From Nemertoderma westbladi (taxonomy: Eukaryota; Animalia; Xenacoelomorpha), in NCBI GenBank assembly GCA_032718475.1, contig JAUCBJ010005183.1, forward strand, positions 1 to 54,876: a DNA stretch of 54,876 nt. Reading direction: 5' to 3'. Position 1 is the stretch's first letter. Every line of letters begins with the position of its first letter. Below the pieces are notes generated by a model. The model was not told the origin of the DNA, made no database searches, and saw only the letters and a program-made list of their open reading frames with translations. The translations under genes and the position numbers were made by a program. Shown in pieces: positions 50,511 to 54,876 of this stretch.

Positions 50511-53283
50511 ATTGCCGACTTCGCAAAGCTGTGCCCAACAAAAGTTATAATAATGTCAAGGTGGAATATTTATTTAATGTTAGTATATTTTGTAAATAAA
50601 CGAGAATTCGAGCGCCCAACTCGAAGCTAATTCTTAACGACATTCACATGTTTTCATAGGTTATGGCTATGGGGAATCTTTAACACCCATAAAATACCCA
50701 ATCGGAACCAAAAACATACTAAAAGAGACAATTAATTATTTTACAAAATTGACTTTGTTATAGCGAGTAAATAAATATATATAAATGTTGTTTTCGATAA
50801 AATAGGGTTCCGGGTTCTCTTAATTCCACTCCAATGCGAATTAATTCTCACCACTACTGCCACGCTATATATTTCCGAACTACTCATATCGTTTTGTCCA
50901 AAATATTTAATTTTAACACTGTGAGTGGAACAAATTTATAAATACTCTTTTAAAAATAATTTGATATGTGTATTGTATAAATTAATCACCAGCCCGTCAT
51001 GTGACAGTCATACTGTGCTGTGCACCTAACTTGCCTGCCGCAATCCAGGCCCTGAGCCAGACCTGGATATGAACCACACCTAGAAGAGGAACTTAGAGAT
51101 AATGCCGTCACACATTGTGAATTAATCATCTTATCCTAATAGCGATACATAGTACACAACGTCGCAGATATTGGTATGGTGGCTGATCACCACGCTTGCA
51201 TAAACTCATCGCTGACATATTATAGCCAAGCCAGCACATAAATAATAAATATAATTTATGGTGGGCTATGAAAATAGAAGATATTTACACTGTAGAAGGA
51301 GAGCTATTCCCCAAAGGGAAATGTGACTCACGGCTTTCTAGTTGTTAAGGATGAAGCTTACAGCTGCATGTCAACTTGAATAAAACTCAAACTAAATAGG
51401 TAAATTAATCATCATCTATAACCACTCGATAAAAATAAGTGCTGACGGTAAAATACCTCCGGGGCGGCTGCACCAATCCCCCTCACCAAAGGAGAGGATC
51501 ATTAGTAAATCAGAAGGCCCAGGTTAAACATCCTCACAGGGATGTGACAGACAGGGTGCGTTATCTTGTCAATTAGGGGCTTTCAGCCAGGGTACCTATT
51601 ACCATAATAGTAATCCTTCAAGGACAGGGCATTAATCAAACTAAAAACGTATACGGGGTTGGGGTCGAAGATAAACGCAAAGAGATAACAATAAGGGGTT
51701 ACTATGGGGAACCATTCAATAATCGGGAGAAAAAATCATCTTCCATTAAAGAAAATAGAGCTTAAAAACACCGCAAGGAGAATTCAAGTATTTCGGTAAT
51801 TCTATTCAATTTATATACAAAATTAGGGATCCAAATTATTCAATGTCAGTCGGGATCCGGCCAGGAGGTACATTTGATACAGTTAGACTCGAGTAATGGG
51901 AACAACATTGATACTCATAAAGTAGATAAAAATCATATACTGTTCAGGACAGAGTAAATGCGGGATGATCCATTCACTTTACAAACCACAACAAAGAACC
52001 AACATTTTTTCTGCTTGAAAACATCAAATTGAGGTTAAAGTGTCAACTGGTAACAACATACCATACCGTCAGCAGCTAACCGGAAGGTTTCATCTGGCAT
52101 TGGAGCAGGAGTGCATTCTCAAGAGACCCAATCAGGAAATGAGATCCATTAGTCAACTGATTTATATAAAGTGAAGTTAGTGTTGCTGCTACCGGTCTTT
52201 AGTTGCTGCACATGTGCATATTTATTAACTACCTTTGCCGTTTATTTTTATCCATTATTAGTGGTTATTCATTTGTGAAATATCGATTTCGGTTGATAGA
52301 AATTTCAGTAGACTGTAATGACCGAGATGAATTTACAGCCTATTACGTATTCGTATCCACCCAAACTAGGGATGTGAGTTTCCCGGAAACAGGTTTCGTT
52401 AAGAGATTTTACGGAAAAATGTTACGGATTTTACTATTTTATATGTTGCCATAAAGCAACCATGACGAGCCACTAAGGAGGAATTGCTTAATTATTATAT
52501 TATAGACAAGATTGTTTAGATTGTAGAGTTTGAAGATTGTTCAACAACTGTATTTGTGTTATAGAAAATAACAGTAGATTACTCTCAAAAATAAAACCGT
52601 GAACTGTCTTATTGATTTTCGTTTATTGTTTTGGTTAAAATAACGCGCCACTGTAACCTGCTACTTTCCCATACTTGATAATTTGACATTGAGGCGAGAT
52701 ATTATTTAGTCGCAGAGATTGGATTTTCGTCAGCTTTCGATGTATCATTATTTGAAGGGTACATATTACTTAGTTTACATTTTTGACACATCAAATATAT
52801 AACTCAGTAATAAATAGTATAATTGAAAAATATTGAATAATATAATTGAAAAAAACCATGAACATCTCTTAATGAGTACACACACACCTATATACACGTT
52901 GGGGCTCATGGAACCTTTCACTCCAGAGCATGAATAATAATATTGTATAAATTATAAAATAAATAATAAAAAAATAATAAATGTGAGTTAAGAACACCAG
53001 ATTAAAGAATACATTTAACTAGTTAGTTTTCAACTTCACTTCGCTGGACCTAGTATATAGATGCTGCGCTGGTGGTATTATACTAGTTAACGAATTACTC
53101 CACTACTATTGCAGAAAACTGATTTACATTTCAGTAGAAAAATTGGAGACATAATAACGAAAATAACTAAAAGCGAAAGTTTCTGAAAATCTTTCAAGGA
53201 AATTTTCAGGGGAAACTTTCAGTAACACCGTAACACATCATACAGGCAACGATAACACGAATAAACTGAAAGTTTCCACTAAC

Positions 53284-53465
53284 ATAAGTGACTCGTCTTC
53301 GTCCCCCACTTGGTAGTTGAGAGTGGCGAGCTTCATGTAGCCGTTGGTGTTATCGGTACGGAGTTTGGTTGTGGGCCGGAGATCGTGGATGGCCTTGTTG
53401 ACCTCACCAAGCTCCAGGTAGCAGTCGGCTCTCTGTTCCCTCAGTGCGGCATTCCAGGGGCAATT
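53284..53465 (-). CDS. DNAJC3: DNAJC3 coding exon (first in window, TPR region), 182 nt
   Basis: Minus strand reads tttctcccccag|NCPWNAALREQRADCYLELGEVNKAIHDLRPTTKLRTDNTNGYMKLATLNYQVGDEDESL+AT|gttagt. It aligns by eye with vertebrate DNAJC3 'VCVWDAELRELRAECFIKEGEPRKAISDLKAASKLKNDNTEAFYKISTLYYQLGDHELSL'. Confidence 0.93.
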
Positions 53466-54601
53466 CTGGGGGAGAAAGGAACAGCGCCCACGTGAAGAAT
53501 AGTTATCTATCAGCTTTCGGTTGAAATTTTATTGAAAGTTATGAAAAATTTGTATTTTGTTAAATTTCTCCTTTTTAATTTTAAGTGCTTTATAGCACTT
53601 ATTTATATCTTATAAACTATAGAGATACAAATTGGTTTATTGTTTTGATTAGATTCAGCACTTCTGCAACATGTGTTTTTAGTGAAAACCTGTTATTATT
53701 CGCATGGCAATATAAAATATAGTTCAGAAGAAAGTCTGGTATACGACATGATGCGACATATTATTATCCTGACAAAATGGGTTTGTATGGGGATTTTATT
53801 CAACAAAAGAAAATGGAAACATCGATAAAGGGAACTCAAATCGAAACTTTCCGATGTTAGGATGAATAATTAATGCTATAGTTATCTTTAATTAAGAGTA
53901 TTTTGAAAATATAATTAAATGAGAAGTTAGATTGGTGTCTAACATACTAAAAATATTAGCAGTCAATTTAATTGCAGCTACATGTTTTTTTATTTTCGTC
54001 AAATACTAGCCAATTTACGTCAATAATAGTACACCATCACCCCGGTCCCAATGAGCTCTGCAGTACCGGTACGGCTATTTATACCAACAACCGGGTAGGT
54101 AGATTATTCCCACGGTTGTTTTTCGGAAATAAATCATTGGAGACTGCTTGAATGGAGATCATTGAGAGCATTCCTGATCACTGTATGTGGCCCGCACACG
54201 TTGACCTTTAAAACAATGTCGTCTTGAGTCCCAAATTCGCGATAAATATATTAATATTAATCAACAAACATGGCATACCGTTGCTACTGCACCGTTTACC
54301 TGTAACGTGTAACATCTATCAGTAGATGTATAAGTTGTGGAAAAAAGGAGAATCTTGATTTGGTGTGGCTTTACCTTTACCAATAAACAGTCCAGTAAAT
54401 AATACGGAATCTATGTTTCTATTAGCTGAGTAATCTTAGTAACCGTTAGCTAGCTGAGTTAACTCACATAAGCATTGATCCTTGATTCACAGATCTCAGC
54501 ACAGTTCAGCCATCACAATAATTAAAATTAATTAATTAGATTATGATGTTATTAATTCGTATTAGATTGTACCTAACAGACAGCAAACGACTGGCCTTTA
54601 A

Positions 54602-54876
54602 CCCTATTACCACTGGGGGGGGGGGGGGGGGGGGGGGCGAATCGGCCCCTTCCTAGATTTTAATTGCTGTATCTATACAACCACATTATGTACCAGCCCA
54701 ATTTTTTACGAGAATTAGTCAAATGAAATGGCGCATCTTTTGCAAAAAAACGGCGTTACAATTAGATTTCAACTTTTCGAAGTGGGTGACACCTCAAAAT
54801 TTGGTCCCAAGCAGAAATATTTTATAAGGTCATTTGTGAGTTAGTAATTCTTTATTTTGCGGCTTATTTTATTGAC
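54602..54876. mobile_element. Left end of a second piggyBac-type MITE (runs off window)
   Basis: ttaa|ccctattaccactggggg..., the same terminal architecture as 47327-47830. Confidence 0.6.

Noticed and set aside
52367-53242. hAT-like MITE (tagggatgtg...cacatcata)
   Set aside because: The right terminus is degenerate and there is no TSD, so boundaries are not supportable.
53310-53495. Plus-strand 61-aa ORF
   Set aside because: Antisense shadow of the DNAJC3 exon 53284-53465.

Overview
AT-rich, transposon-dense metazoan (probably invertebrate) genomic DNA, not prokaryotic. The main host gene is DNAJC3 (P58IPK/ERdj6; TPR + J-domain co-chaperone) on the minus strand. Its last six coding exons splice in frame with canonical GT-AG sites (53465-53284, 49907-49788, 41706-41480, 32798-32630, 28192-28083, 17227-17085); the 5' exons lie beyond the window end. 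The most striking feature is the last intron. It is filled by a 10.7-kb array of about 206 copies of a 52-bp unit that is exactly the last 46 nt of the J-domain exon (MFIDIAAAKEVLSDP) plus its splice donor (GTAACA). The three commonly varying sites in the array are all synonymous third positions in the exon frame, and each unit contains a potential in-frame 36-nt AG...GT micro-exon. The rest of the window is mobile DNA: a disrupted Crypton-type tyrosine recombinase, an internally deleted FLYWCH/MULE transposase, two RTE-type LINEs, a 5.1-kb internally deleted EnSpm/CACTA element with a nested MULE-type MITE, fold-back, piggyBac, hAT and Tc1-type MITEs, tRNA-derived SINEs and minisatellites. 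All calls were made by eye from the sequence; no searches were run.
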